This document shows positions 9,801 through 18,497 of a DNA stretch of 64,000 bases, piece after piece. The stretch is from Bryobacterales bacterium. Lineage in GTDB: Bacteria; Acidobacteriota; Terriglobia; Bryobacterales; UBA6623. The translations under genes were made by a program, and so were the position numbers. The stretch is taken from positions 16,832 through 80,831 of the forward strand of contig CBDBHI010000056.1 in NCBI GenBank assembly GCA_965205595.1, given 5' to 3'. Below the pieces are notes generated by a model, which did not search any database, had not been told where the DNA came from, and was given only the letters and a program-made list of their open reading frames with translations. Numbering within the stretch: position 1 is the first letter of the stretch; every line of letters starts with the position of its first letter.

Positions 9801-10985
9801 ATGTCGGAACAAGTATTTATCTTCGACACCACATTGCGTGACGGCGAGCAGTCCCCCGGCTGTAGCATGACGACGCCTGAAAAGATGCGCATGGCGCGCA
9901 AGCTCGTCGATCTCGGAGTCGACACGATCGAGGCCGGGTTTCCGATCGCCTCGAACGGCGACTTCGATGCCGTACGAACCATCTGCCGCGAATACCCTGA
10001 CATCCACATCGCAGCGTTGGCGCGCGCGGTGCCGATCGATATCGAACGCGCCGCGCAATCGGTCGACGGCCATAAGAGACCGCGCATCCACTGCTTCATC
10101 GCGACTAGTGAGATCCACCTCAAGTACAAGTTCGACAAGAGTCAGGATGAAATTCTTGAGGAAGCTGTGACAGCGGTCGAAATGGCGAAGAGCTACGTCG
10201 ACGACGTCGAATTCTCCGCCGAAGATGCGACGCGCACCGAAATCGGGTATCTCTGCCGCGTAGCCGAAGCCGCGGTCAACGCCGGAGCGACGACCATCAA
10301 TATTCCCGACACCGTTGGCTTCATGACCCCCGACGACTATTCCGAGATGATTGCCAAGGTCTTCGAGAGCGTCGGTGATCGCGCCATGATCAGCGTGCAT
10401 ACTCACGACGACCTCGGTCTCGCCGTAGCGAACGCTCTGGCCGCATTGCACGCCGGCGCCCGTCAGGTTGAGTGCGCGATCAACGGTATCGGTGAACGCG
10501 CCGGCAACTGCTCATTGGAAGAAATTGCAGTCATCATGCAGGTGCGCCCCGATCGCGTGCCGTTCCACACCAACATCGACTGCACCAAGCTCTACGACGC
10601 CAGCCAAACGCTTAACGGCTGCATCACGTTTGGCCCGCAGCCGAACAAGGCAATCGTAGGCCGTAACGCATTTGCCCACGAGGCCGGGATTCACCAGGAT
10701 GGCTATCTCAAGCACCACACGACCTACGAAATCATGACGCCCGAATCAGTCGGCGTACCGGCTTCGAGACTCGTCCTTGGCAAGCACAGCGGCCGTCATG
10801 CGCTGCACGATCGCATTATCGAGCTCGGCTATGGCGATCTCGACAAGCCCGACACCATCAAGGTTTACAAGGCGTTCACGGCCCTGGCCGATACTCGTAA
10901 GGGCTTGCTGGATGAAGACATCACCGAGCTGCTCGGAGAACTGGGCTTTCGCAAAGTAGGCGAAGCGGTTCCGGTGGGCGACTAG
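9801..10985 (+). CDS. 2-isopropylmalate synthase-type (LeuA/CimA family) enzyme lacking the C-terminal regulatory domain
   Basis: IFDTTLRDGEQSPGCSMT...EAGFPIASNGDFDAV and HTHDDLGLAVANALAAL are LeuA-type catalytic motifs. It is only 394 aa and ends after the linker subdomains. Confidence 0.8.
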   Translation: MSEQVFIFDTTLRDGEQSPGCSMTTPEKMRMARKLVDLGVDTIEAGFPIASNGDFDAVRTICREYPDIHIAALARAVPIDIERAAQSVDGHKRPRIHCFIATSEIHLKYKFDKSQDEILEEAVTAVEMAKSYVDDVEFSAEDATRTEIGYLCRVAEAAVNAGATTINIPDTVGFMTPDDYSEMIAKVFESVGDRAMISVHTHDDLGLAVANALAALHAGARQVECAINGIGERAGNCSLEEIAVIMQVRPDRVPFHTNIDCTKLYDASQTLNGCITFGPQPNKAIVGRNAFAHEAGIHQDGYLKHHTTYEIMTPESVGVPASRLVLGKHSGRHALHDRIIELGYGDLDKPDTIKVYKAFTALADTRKGLLDEDITELLGELGFRKVGEAVPVGD

Positions 10986-11090
10986 CGCCGGAGCGGACTC
11001 CTCGGGGTGATTGGCGACCTCAAGCTGCGGCAGGGACGGCGCGAAGACCGAGCATTCGCGCTAGAGCGACTACTAGCCTGGTTCTAGCCG

Positions 11091-11363
11091 GCCGAGCCCC
11101 AAATCCGTCCGTAAGCAAGCGATGACCTCGACCGGGATCAACAGAGGCGAGGACGGAAGTCCACGCTTTCTTCAGGTTCGGTAGACACTTCGAGTGAAAA
11201 CGTGGACTTCCGTCCACGCCTCGTTTTCTAGACATCGATCGACTCTGCACCCGCACGGTGTTGTCAAAGTATCAGTGGAAAAATAGCGCGGGGTTCGTAG
11301 TTCGAGAATTTACGCCGCGCCGACAGCCGGCGTCGAATGCTTACAGACGGATCGGGGCCGAGC
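11091..11363. repeat. about 270-bp GC-rich palindromic repeat element (REP/MITE-like), copy A
   Basis: Terminal inverted repeats are GCCGAGCCCCAAATCCGTCCGTAAGCAAGCGA (11091-11122) and TCGAATGCTTACAGACGGATCGGGGCCGAGC (11333-11363). Internal hairpin arms are GAGGACGGAAGTCCACG (11149-11165) and CGTGGACTTCCGTCCAC (11201-11217). A homologous partial copy lies at 18157-18285. Confidence 0.6.
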
Positions 11364-11493
11364 TGTGTAACCACCCCGGAAACCCTGTCGCCTGTAAGGT
11401 TTAGGCTACGACGGGCATTTCGGTTAGGCTGGAGGATCAACGCTCGTAATGGCTGTATCCGGTCGACGCGGCTTCGTTGACCTCGGAGGATTT

Positions 11494-12072
11494 ATGGTGC
11501 ATCGCAATTTTCGACTATTGGCGGCCCTGCTAAGCGTTTTGTTGGCTATGCCGACGTTCGGCCTGGCGCAAGACTCCGGCATCCAAGTCAGAGTGCTGGC
11601 TGGAGAAGCGGGCATCAATAACATCAACCAGAATGTGGTTGTCGAGCCGATGATCGAGGTTCAAGACGCGAACGGAAAGCCAATTCCAAAGGCGAGCGTG
11701 ACGCTGCGGTCGCCTGCTACGGGCCCGAGCGTCACGTTCTTTGGCGCTTCCCGCGTCTCAACGCTTACGACTGACGATCTGGGCCGCGCACGAGCCGCCG
11801 GCATGTTGCCGAACTCCGAGGAAGGCACCTTCGATATCGAAGTGGAAGCCTCTTTCAACAACATGACCGCGAACACCACGATCACCCAAACTAATGCCGT
11901 TGCTCCAGGCGACCCTAAGCCTAAGAAAAAGGGCGTCGGCTGGCGATTGCTGGCCCTAATTGGAGCCGGCGCGGCAGCCGGCATCGTCGCCGCGGCTCGA
12001 CGTGACGAAACATCCGTGACAAGTCCGACCAGCGTCGGAATCACATCGGTGGGCGTCGGAACACCGCGCTAA
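11494..12072 (+). CDS. hypothetical exported protein: signal peptide, bacterial Ig-like (Big_1-like) domain, C-terminal TM anchor
   Basis: I prefer the start MVHRNFRLLAALLSVLLAMPTFGLAQ. Ig-like segment VEPMIEVQDANGKPIPKASVTLRSP...TFDIEVEA. C-terminal hydrophobic WRLLALIGAGAAAGIVAAARR. The fold assignment is from motif resemblance only. Confidence 0.5.
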   Translation: MVHRNFRLLAALLSVLLAMPTFGLAQDSGIQVRVLAGEAGINNINQNVVVEPMIEVQDANGKPIPKASVTLRSPATGPSVTFFGASRVSTLTTDDLGRARAAGMLPNSEEGTFDIEVEASFNNMTANTTITQTNAVAPGDPKPKKKGVGWRLLALIGAGAAAGIVAAARRDETSVTSPTSVGITSVGVGTPR

Positions 12073-12115
12073 CGCACCGGATCGTCATTCGAAAAAACCA
12101 CGAAAGATTTTAGAC

Positions 12116-14278
12116 ATGCGCAGGTTCCTGACAACAACATTAGCCCTCGTTTTTAGCGTGATGTTCGTATCGGCGCTCAGTGCGCAGGTCGCAATTTCGC
12201 TCCAAGACGACGACACATTTCGAGATATTCGCAGTGGTGAGACGCTGACGTTCGACTCCGAAGGCGTCGGGCAGATTATTACCAAGCGGCTCGTCATCTC
12301 GTATGATGGCGACGAGGACACGTCCGCCAGAATTGCTGAACCTTCGATCGCCGGCTCGACCACGTTTTCGGTTTCGTCAACGATTCCTTTTCCGGTGTTT
12401 GTCCCTCCCGGCACGAGCCACGAAATCCGCGTCAGTTTCTCTCCCACTGGTGGAGGCCCATTCTCCGGCCAGCTGAATTTACCGCTGACGCGGACGAACC
12501 TTCGGCAGCAGGACGTTGACAACTCTTTCCGTTTCAACTTGAGCGGCCGCGTTCCCGAATACAACCTCAGCTTCCAGCTTCCAGGCGGCAATCAGACGAT
12601 CGTCACTAATGGCGGGACAATTCAATTTGAAGAAACAACTGTCGACACGACGATGACGGCTAACGTAACCGTGACAAACCGCGGAAGCGGCCCCGGAACC
12701 TTGGAGACCGTTACATTCGACGGCCGTGAATTCTTCGAGCTAGGCGGTTTGGCTTTACTGCCGCGAACAATTGAAGCGGACCGCGACTTCACCTTTCAAG
12801 TGCGCTTCACTCCTCCGGCCGTCCAAGCCTACAGCGGCTCAATGTCCCTCGGCTTTGGCGTTGGAACCAGTTCCCTGCAAATAGTAGGCAACGGTGTCGC
12901 GGCTGTCTATAGCTATGAGCTTACAACCGCGGACGGCCAGACCACATCAGTTCCCGATAGCGGCACGATCGCGATTGGATCGACGCCCGTGGGCGAAGAA
13001 ATCATCGCAAACCTAACCGTCACCAACTCAGGTACCGCCGAGGGCACCATCACGAACATCACGATCACCGGCGACGGCTACAGTCTTTCGGACCGGCCGT
13101 TGATTCCCGCGGTCTTAGACGTCGGTGATAGCTTCACAATGGCGATTAACCTAACGCCTATCGAGCCCGGCATGGCGACCGGCCAGTTGCGCATCGGCGA
13201 TTCGACATTTGATCTTACGGCCGAAGCCCTTGGCTCGTTGCTGACGTACACCCTCATTGATGCCGACGGACCGCGCCAAGTCGATCCACGCGACACCATC
13301 GTTTTTCCGCAGACCCAGATTGGCGGGAGCTCCGCGCTCACATTTGAAATCTCAAACTCCGGAAATGAGGCGGAAACAATCTCGGGCGTCGGCGTCGGCG
13401 GGACCGTATTTGTTCTCGGCAGTTTGCCCAGCCTGCCCGCGCCTCTGAATGCCGGCCAGACAATCTCGTTCACAATGTCTTTCGAGCCCGACCGTCTCGG
13501 ACCGCAGAACGCAACGCTTGCTGTGAACGCCGCTACGTTTACGCTTACCGGAGTTGGCGATGAGGTTCCCGATCTGCCGCGGGTCAGTTTCTCGACTTCG
13601 GGCGGAAACGTAAACGCGGCCGACGCCGTGCCGATTAGCCTCAGCATCGCTGAAGCGTTCCCGGTTGACATCGAAGGCACCCTCAGCCTGACATTTGACA
13701 CGTCGGCGTTTGCGAACGACCCGACGATTCAGTTCTCCACCGGCGGCCGCACCGCGCGTTTTCGCATAGCAAAAGGCAGTACAGAGGCCATTTTCCCCGG
13801 CAATGTCAGCACCAACCCATTCTTGACCGGAACGGTAGCAGGCACGATTACCTTGTCAGCGACGTTCGAGACAGAGGCCGGTGGAGTAGACATTACTCCC
13901 GACACGGTTCCCGAGGTGTCGTTTGCAGTCGGCAAGGCCCAACCCTCGCTGCTGAGAGTCGTGTTGGGCAATACAGGTCAAGGCGGATTTAGCCTGCAGG
14001 TTACCGGTTTCGCGACCTCGCGTACTGTCAGCGAGCTTCAAATTACATTCGCCGGAATTCCGGGTTCGAACGTGACTACACCGAGTTTGACGGCCGACGT
14101 CGCGAGTGTGTTCGGGACTTACTACGGCGGCAACCAGTCGGCCGGCTTTGGCAGTCAGTTCACGGCGACCGTTAACTTCACGGTCAACGACGGCTCTTTT
14201 GAAGACCTGAGCAGCGTTTCGATTACCGCCGCGAACGAGAACGGCCAGTCGAATTCTGTCAATCTGACGTTGAACTAG
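12116..14278 (+). CDS. large secreted protein with tandem choice-of-anchor-D / ASH-type Ig-like repeats
   Basis: Signal peptide MRRFLTTTLALVFSVMFVSALSAQ. At least five repeats follow the pattern F..T.VG......L.V.N.G....I..I...G..F.........L..G.S....V.F.P...G, for example TIQFEETTVDTTMTANVTVTNRGSGPGTLETVTFDG. Confidence 0.65.
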   Translation: MRRFLTTTLALVFSVMFVSALSAQVAISLQDDDTFRDIRSGETLTFDSEGVGQIITKRLVISYDGDEDTSARIAEPSIAGSTTFSVSSTIPFPVFVPPGTSHEIRVSFSPTGGGPFSGQLNLPLTRTNLRQQDVDNSFRFNLSGRVPEYNLSFQLPGGNQTIVTNGGTIQFEETTVDTTMTANVTVTNRGSGPGTLETVTFDGREFFELGGLALLPRTIEADRDFTFQVRFTPPAVQAYSGSMSLGFGVGTSSLQIVGNGVAAVYSYELTTADGQTTSVPDSGTIAIGSTPVGEEIIANLTVTNSGTAEGTITNITITGDGYSLSDRPLIPAVLDVGDSFTMAINLTPIEPGMATGQLRIGDSTFDLTAEALGSLLTYTLIDADGPRQVDPRDTIVFPQTQIGGSSALTFEISNSGNEAETISGVGVGGTVFVLGSLPSLPAPLNAGQTISFTMSFEPDRLGPQNATLAVNAATFTLTGVGDEVPDLPRVSFSTSGGNVNAADAVPISLSIAEAFPVDIEGTLSLTFDTSAFANDPTIQFSTGGRTARFRIAKGSTEAIFPGNVSTNPFLTGTVAGTITLSATFETEAGGVDITPDTVPEVSFAVGKAQPSLLRVVLGNTGQGGFSLQVTGFATSRTVSELQITFAGIPGSNVTTPSLTADVASVFGTYYGGNQSAGFGSQFTATVNFTVNDGSFEDLSSVSITAANENGQSNSVNLTLN

Positions 14279-14319
14279 GCGCCGCGAACACGGCCGGACT
14301 CAGCGGCGAGGACTGTCGC

Positions 14320-15222
14320 ATGGAATTCCGTGGTAAAAAATGCGAGCTAGTTACCCGCTACGCGCCCAGCCCGACGGGCTATCTTCATCTCGGCCACGTC
14401 GCCCACATCATCTACGTCTGGGGACTAGCCGAAGTGCTCGGTGCAAGCGTCCAGTTGCGGATCGAAGACCACGACCGCCGCCGCTGCCGCAGGGCGTACG
14501 AAGCAGCAATCTACGATGACCTAGAGTGGCTTGGCTTCGAGCCCGCGAACGTTGTCAGTCCGAATTTTCGCCAAAGCGAATCCGCTGTAGCGTATAACGA
14601 CGCGATTGCCAGGATCCACCGCAGCCATCACGTCTATCGCTGCATTTGTACACGCAAAGACTTGGCGGTCCACTCCACCAAGAACGCCGCGGGGGAGTTT
14701 ATTTACTCAGGCCATTGCCGCGACGCGAATCATCCCGCCAACACCCTCCACGGCCTGCGTCTCGAATGGGGCCGTGGCGAAGAAGCGTTCAACGATGTCC
14801 TGCTTGGCGCGCAAACTCAGAAGCCAGTTGAGCAATGCGGCGACATGCTGCTCAAAGACCGCCACCAGCAGTGGACCTACCAATTCGCGGTCACTGTCGA
14901 CGACATTCGCCACGGCGTCAACCTTGTCATTCGAGGAGAGGACCTGCTCGACTCAACCGGCCGGCAGATTCGCTTAGCGAGGCAACTAGGCCGCGCGGAA
15001 CCGGCTCAGTTTTGCCACCATCCGCTCATCACCGATCCCGAGGGCGTCAAACTCAGCAAGAAACAGCGTTCGCCGGCGATAAGAGATTTGCGCGATTCGG
15101 ACGTATCCGCGGCGGCGGTGATCGGCGAGGCCGCAAACGCGGTGGGCCTGCTAAGCGACGCCAGGCCGCTCGAACGACCCGAGATCGCCCAGTTAGTCGC
15201 TGCCCGGCATGGCCTGGCCTAG
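14320..15222 (+). CDS. gluQ: tRNA glutamyl-Q(34) synthetase (GluRS paralog)
   Basis: TRYAPSPTGYLHLGHV (HIGH-type), LRIEDHD and KLSKK motifs. The 300-aa length lacks an anticodon-binding domain, as in GluQRS/YadB. Confidence 0.85.
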   Translation: MEFRGKKCELVTRYAPSPTGYLHLGHVAHIIYVWGLAEVLGASVQLRIEDHDRRRCRRAYEAAIYDDLEWLGFEPANVVSPNFRQSESAVAYNDAIARIHRSHHVYRCICTRKDLAVHSTKNAAGEFIYSGHCRDANHPANTLHGLRLEWGRGEEAFNDVLLGAQTQKPVEQCGDMLLKDRHQQWTYQFAVTVDDIRHGVNLVIRGEDLLDSTGRQIRLARQLGRAEPAQFCHHPLITDPEGVKLSKKQRSPAIRDLRDSDVSAAAVIGEAANAVGLLSDARPLERPEIAQLVAARHGLA

Positions 15223-15372
15223 GCCCCGATACTTGGCCAACACCGCCCGGCCTCAAGAATCCGAGATGGGATGAGGAGGCTGCCCTCGAGCCGCGAGAGC
15301 AATTAGGCAAGCGGCCAGCGCTTCCCGCTAAGGGGAGTCACCATCTTTAGTTCGAAAAAGGAGAGAGCAGCC

Positions 15373-16560
15373 ATGAAGAAGACGATCATCCGGAAACAAA
15401 TGCAGCAAGGATTAATCGCCGACAACAGCAAGATCAAAGGCGTCGTCGGACTTGACTTAGGAGAGAAAAAGAGCCGGCTCGTGCGGCTGAACCTGAAAGG
15501 CGAAGAAGTCGCCAATCGATCCATCAGCACCACCCGCGCGGCGCTACGCAAGTGCTTCAAATGCAAATCGCGTCTACGCCTGGTGATCGAGGCCGGTAGC
15601 CATTCCAACTGGATCGCGGCGTTGCTCAAAGAGCTCGGTCACGAATTCATCGTCCCCAATCCGCGTCAACTCAAGCTGGTCAGCGTGTCGTTATCGAAGA
15701 ACGATCGGCGTGACGCGCGCTTGCTCGCCGAACTCGGTTTGACGAGTCCGAAACTGCTCTCGCCAACGCAGCTGCTGTCACAAGAAACCCTGCGCAACCG
15801 TTGCGTCTTGATCGGTCGTCAAGCGCTCTTAACGGCGCGCACGAAGTTGATCAATTCGGTGCGCGGCATGCTCAAGAATTTCGGCATTCGAGTGTCGGCG
15901 GGCGACGCTTCGACGTTCGCCAAGCGCGCCCGCGTGGAGTTGTTGGAAGAGTTTTAAGCCCTGCTGGAAGGGCTTTTGATGATGATCGAGCAGTTGAGTG
16001 AGCAGATCAAACAGGCCGACGCGCGAGTGAAGCAACTGTGCGAGACGCGCTATCAGGCAACGGAACTGATCGAACAAATTCGCGGCGTGGGACCGACGAC
16101 ATCGTTGGCGTTTACGCTGGCTCTCGACAACGACGCGGAGCGCCTGGACAAGAGTCGTGCGGCGGGGGCATTTGTGGGCTTGCGGCCGAAGCAACGGGAC
16201 TCGGGATCGCGCTCGCCGGAGCTACATATCTCGAAAGTGGGTGACCGCAACTTACGGTGCCTGTTGGTGCAATGCGCGCAATACATTTTGGGACGACACG
16301 GGCAGGACTCGGCGTTGCGGCGCTGGGGATTGGGTCTGGCGGAGCACGGCGGCAAGAACGCCAAGAAGCGATCGATCGTGGCGGTGGCGCGCAAGCTGGC
16401 GGTGCTGATGCACGTGTTGTGGAGCCGCGGCGAAGTGTACGAACCGTTTCAGCTGGGAGTGTATGGAGCGAAAACAATGGCGACGAGAGGGCAAGAAAGA
16501 CGCTCGCGGCGAGGCCGCATCGCATTGAATTTTCCTAGTAGGAAGAAGACGATTTGTTGA
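15373..16560 (+). pseudogene. IS110-family DEDD transposase/recombinase interrupted by one in-frame TAA (15955-15957)
   Basis: ORFs 15373..15957 and 15976..16560 are in the same frame. The N-terminal part carries VVGLDLGEKKS...VIEAGSHSNW (DEDD/RuvC-like). The C-terminal part carries IRGVGPTTSLAF...HISKVGDRNLRCLLVQCA (Transposase_20-like). A good SD AAGGAG precedes the ATG. Confidence 0.85.
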
Positions 16561-16770
16561 CAAAAGAAGCACGAAACGAGGGAAGGACGGCGCCAGGCGA
16601 ACGACCGCGTCGCGACGACTGCGAGTCCGCGCCAGGCTCAACCGACGGCTTGGCTGTCGGGGCGAGCCGGAACAGAGAATGCAGCGTCGTAAGACTGGAC
16701 CCCTACAAGCACCGCGTCGCAACCGGCGCAACCAGAGTGCGAATGCAAGCCGCGGACGGAAGTCCACCCG

Positions 16771-18154
16771 CTGGAGTTTGGCTGTTCGGCGGCGGTCGGA
16801 GTTTGGGATAGGGTGGGGAAATGGGGAGTTGGCGTTAGCCGGAAGCGTAGATTGCTGCAGGTGGAGCGCCTCTTGGGAGTTTCTGCAGCTTCGTGTTGGG
16901 GTGCGGAGTGTTCCTCAAGCCGCAGAAATGTTGACGCTGCACGCCGTCCGCCCAAAGCTCGGCCCGCAGGTGGCTGATCAGCCGTTGCGTGGTGAGCCGT
17001 TGCGGCTGCGAGCGGCGTCGCCAGTGCGGTCGCGGCAAGGCGTCGTCCACGCCCTGTTGGCGGCTCCAACTCGCGCCCGGCAACACCAGTAGTGCATACA
17101 CCGCCGTCATGAATTGAGGGATCCGCTCGACCGCGTCCGGCTGCCGCACCTGCGCCTGTCCGACTCCCAACAGCGTCTTCTGCTCACGGCAGTTGACCTC
17201 GATCTCCCAGCGCCAAACGTACTGCCGCACGATCTGCTCCAGACTCAGATTCGGATCACTAACAATCAAATACGGCGGCTTGCGATACAACACCTTCGAG
17301 CCCGCCCGCGGCCGATAGCCCAGCGGTCGAATCACCACCAAACGTACGTCCCGCTTGCCTCCCGCCGGTTGCTGCCGCTCGCTCGGAGGCAGTGCTGCCG
17401 AGAACTGCAAGAAGCGCTGCGCGAGAATCAAGTTGGCCTGAAACTTGGGTCCAAGCGGAGCGCGCCGCCAACTCACGCCGGGCGTTTTGAGACTCGACTT
17501 GGCGAGCAGTGTATCGTCGATGGCGACGAGCAAGGGAGCCTCGGGCGGCAAGCGAGCGAGCACCTCGCGGCGCGAGGCATCGAGCAGGCGTTGGGGCTCC
17601 ACACGTTGTTGCGAGAACAGGCGGTAGCCGGCGCTCCAATCCTGAAAGCTCTCGCCGGAGGCATGCAGCAGGCCGGTGATGGTGGAGCGGCCGAGGCAGA
17701 CGGTGGCGCCGAGAGCGAGGCGGGTGAGGTGGTCGTTCACGCTTTGTCGGGCGTGGGGGTTGAGGCCTTTGGCGAAGAGTTGGGAGAAGGTGTCGACGAC
17801 TCGTTGAGGAGTTTTTTTTTAACTCAACGGGCGGGGCTTGTAAACGATTGAGCACGAGTTGGGAGCGGTCGAGCAGGATCCATTCGAGCTGTTCGCCGGG
17901 CTGGAAGTCGAGCATCTGAGCGGTGGCGGAGGGGAAGTTGACGTAGAACTGTTGCGAGGCCTTGCGCTTGATCAACTGGAGTTTGGTGGGGAAGGGCATG
18001 AGGTCTCCTTTGCAGTGAATCTAGTTATAAAACAAGCTAAACAACTAGATACAAGAGTACCTCAAAACGTTTTAAGACACAAGCATTCTCAGATCCCTCA
18101 CAACTCAACTACGCGCCTACCGCGCATCCCATCTAGTGAAAGGCCAAACTCCAG
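16771..18154 (-). mobile_element. IS701/IS4-superfamily-like insertion sequence (boundaries tentative)
   Basis: Candidate 17-bp IRs are CTGGAGTTTGGCTGTTC (16771-16787) and the reverse complement of GAAAGGCCAAACTCCAG (18138-18154), matching at 15/17. Both ends abut the GGACGGAAGTCCAC hairpin motif (16754-16767 and 18161-18174). An alternative inner boundary pair (about 16803 and 18131, TGGGAT...) cannot be excluded. Confidence 0.45.
16835..17999 (-). CDS. DDE transposase (IS701/IS4-like) encoded in two frames that meet at an A9 run
   Basis: The upstream frame (17999 down to the run) gives MPFPTKLQLIKRKASQQFYVNFP...GEQLEWILLDRSQLVL, an AbrB/SpoVT-like fold by resemblance. The downstream frame gives VVDTFSQLFAKGLNPHARQSVNDHLTRL...YVWRWEIEVNCREQK, a YxxRWxIE-type motif. 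The frames switch (+1) at T9 17812-17820. Confidence 0.7.
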
Positions 18155-18156
18155 GG

Positions 18157-18285
18157 GCGTGGACGGAAGTCCACGCTTGCGTTCAAAATGTTTAGCAACC
18201 CAGGGGAAAGCGCGGACTAGCGTCGACGCCTCTGCCGATCTGGATTGAAATCATCGCTTGAATACCGACGGATTTGGGGTCAGGG
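18157..18285. repeat. REP/MITE-like palindromic repeat, partial copy B
   Basis: GCGTGGACGGAAGTCCACGC...AAAGCGCGGACTAGCGTCGACGCCTCTG...ATCATCGCTTGAATACCGACGGATTTGGGG aligns, roughly 70% by eye, with the reverse complement of 11091-11220. Confidence 0.5.
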
Positions 18286-18307
18286 TTTCAGACACGTTTC
18301 TCTAACG

Positions 18308-18495
18308 GTTAGCCCGCATTTCTCACCCCGTGACGAGCGAAAGTGTGTGAGAGGTGGGCCAATACGAGGCGGGCGACGGTCGGCGCGCGGAGGCGTACTT
18401 TTGCAGTCCGTCGAGCACTCGCGATCGAGCGCAACGAAGTAGTGGCGCATCTATCGCCTGCGTTCGCCGTGAGGTGGTAAGAAACGTGGGTTAAC
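18308..18495. repeat. 188-bp long-hairpin repeat element, copy 2
   Basis: GTTAGCCCGCATTTCTCACC...GGTAAGAAACGTGGGTTAAC. It shares the same core (CAATACGAGGCGGGCGAC.GTCGGCGCGCGGAGGCGTACTT...GAGCGCAACGAAGTA) as copy 1 at 5237-5420. Confidence 0.75.
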
Positions 18496-18497
18496 CT

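Noticed and set aside
9756-10451. 231-aa minus-strand ORF
   Set aside because: It is antisense to the LeuA-type synthase gene.
16561-16770. Downstream non-coding flank of IS110 copy 1 as its bridge RNA (IS1111-type arrangement)
   Set aside because: In reverse complement the segment carries the GGACGGAAGTCCAC hairpin, GCTTGC.TTC and GCGCGGACT.GC.GTCG motifs of the palindromic host repeat family. It is more likely a flanking repeat than IS sequence. This remains unresolved without a covariance-model scan.
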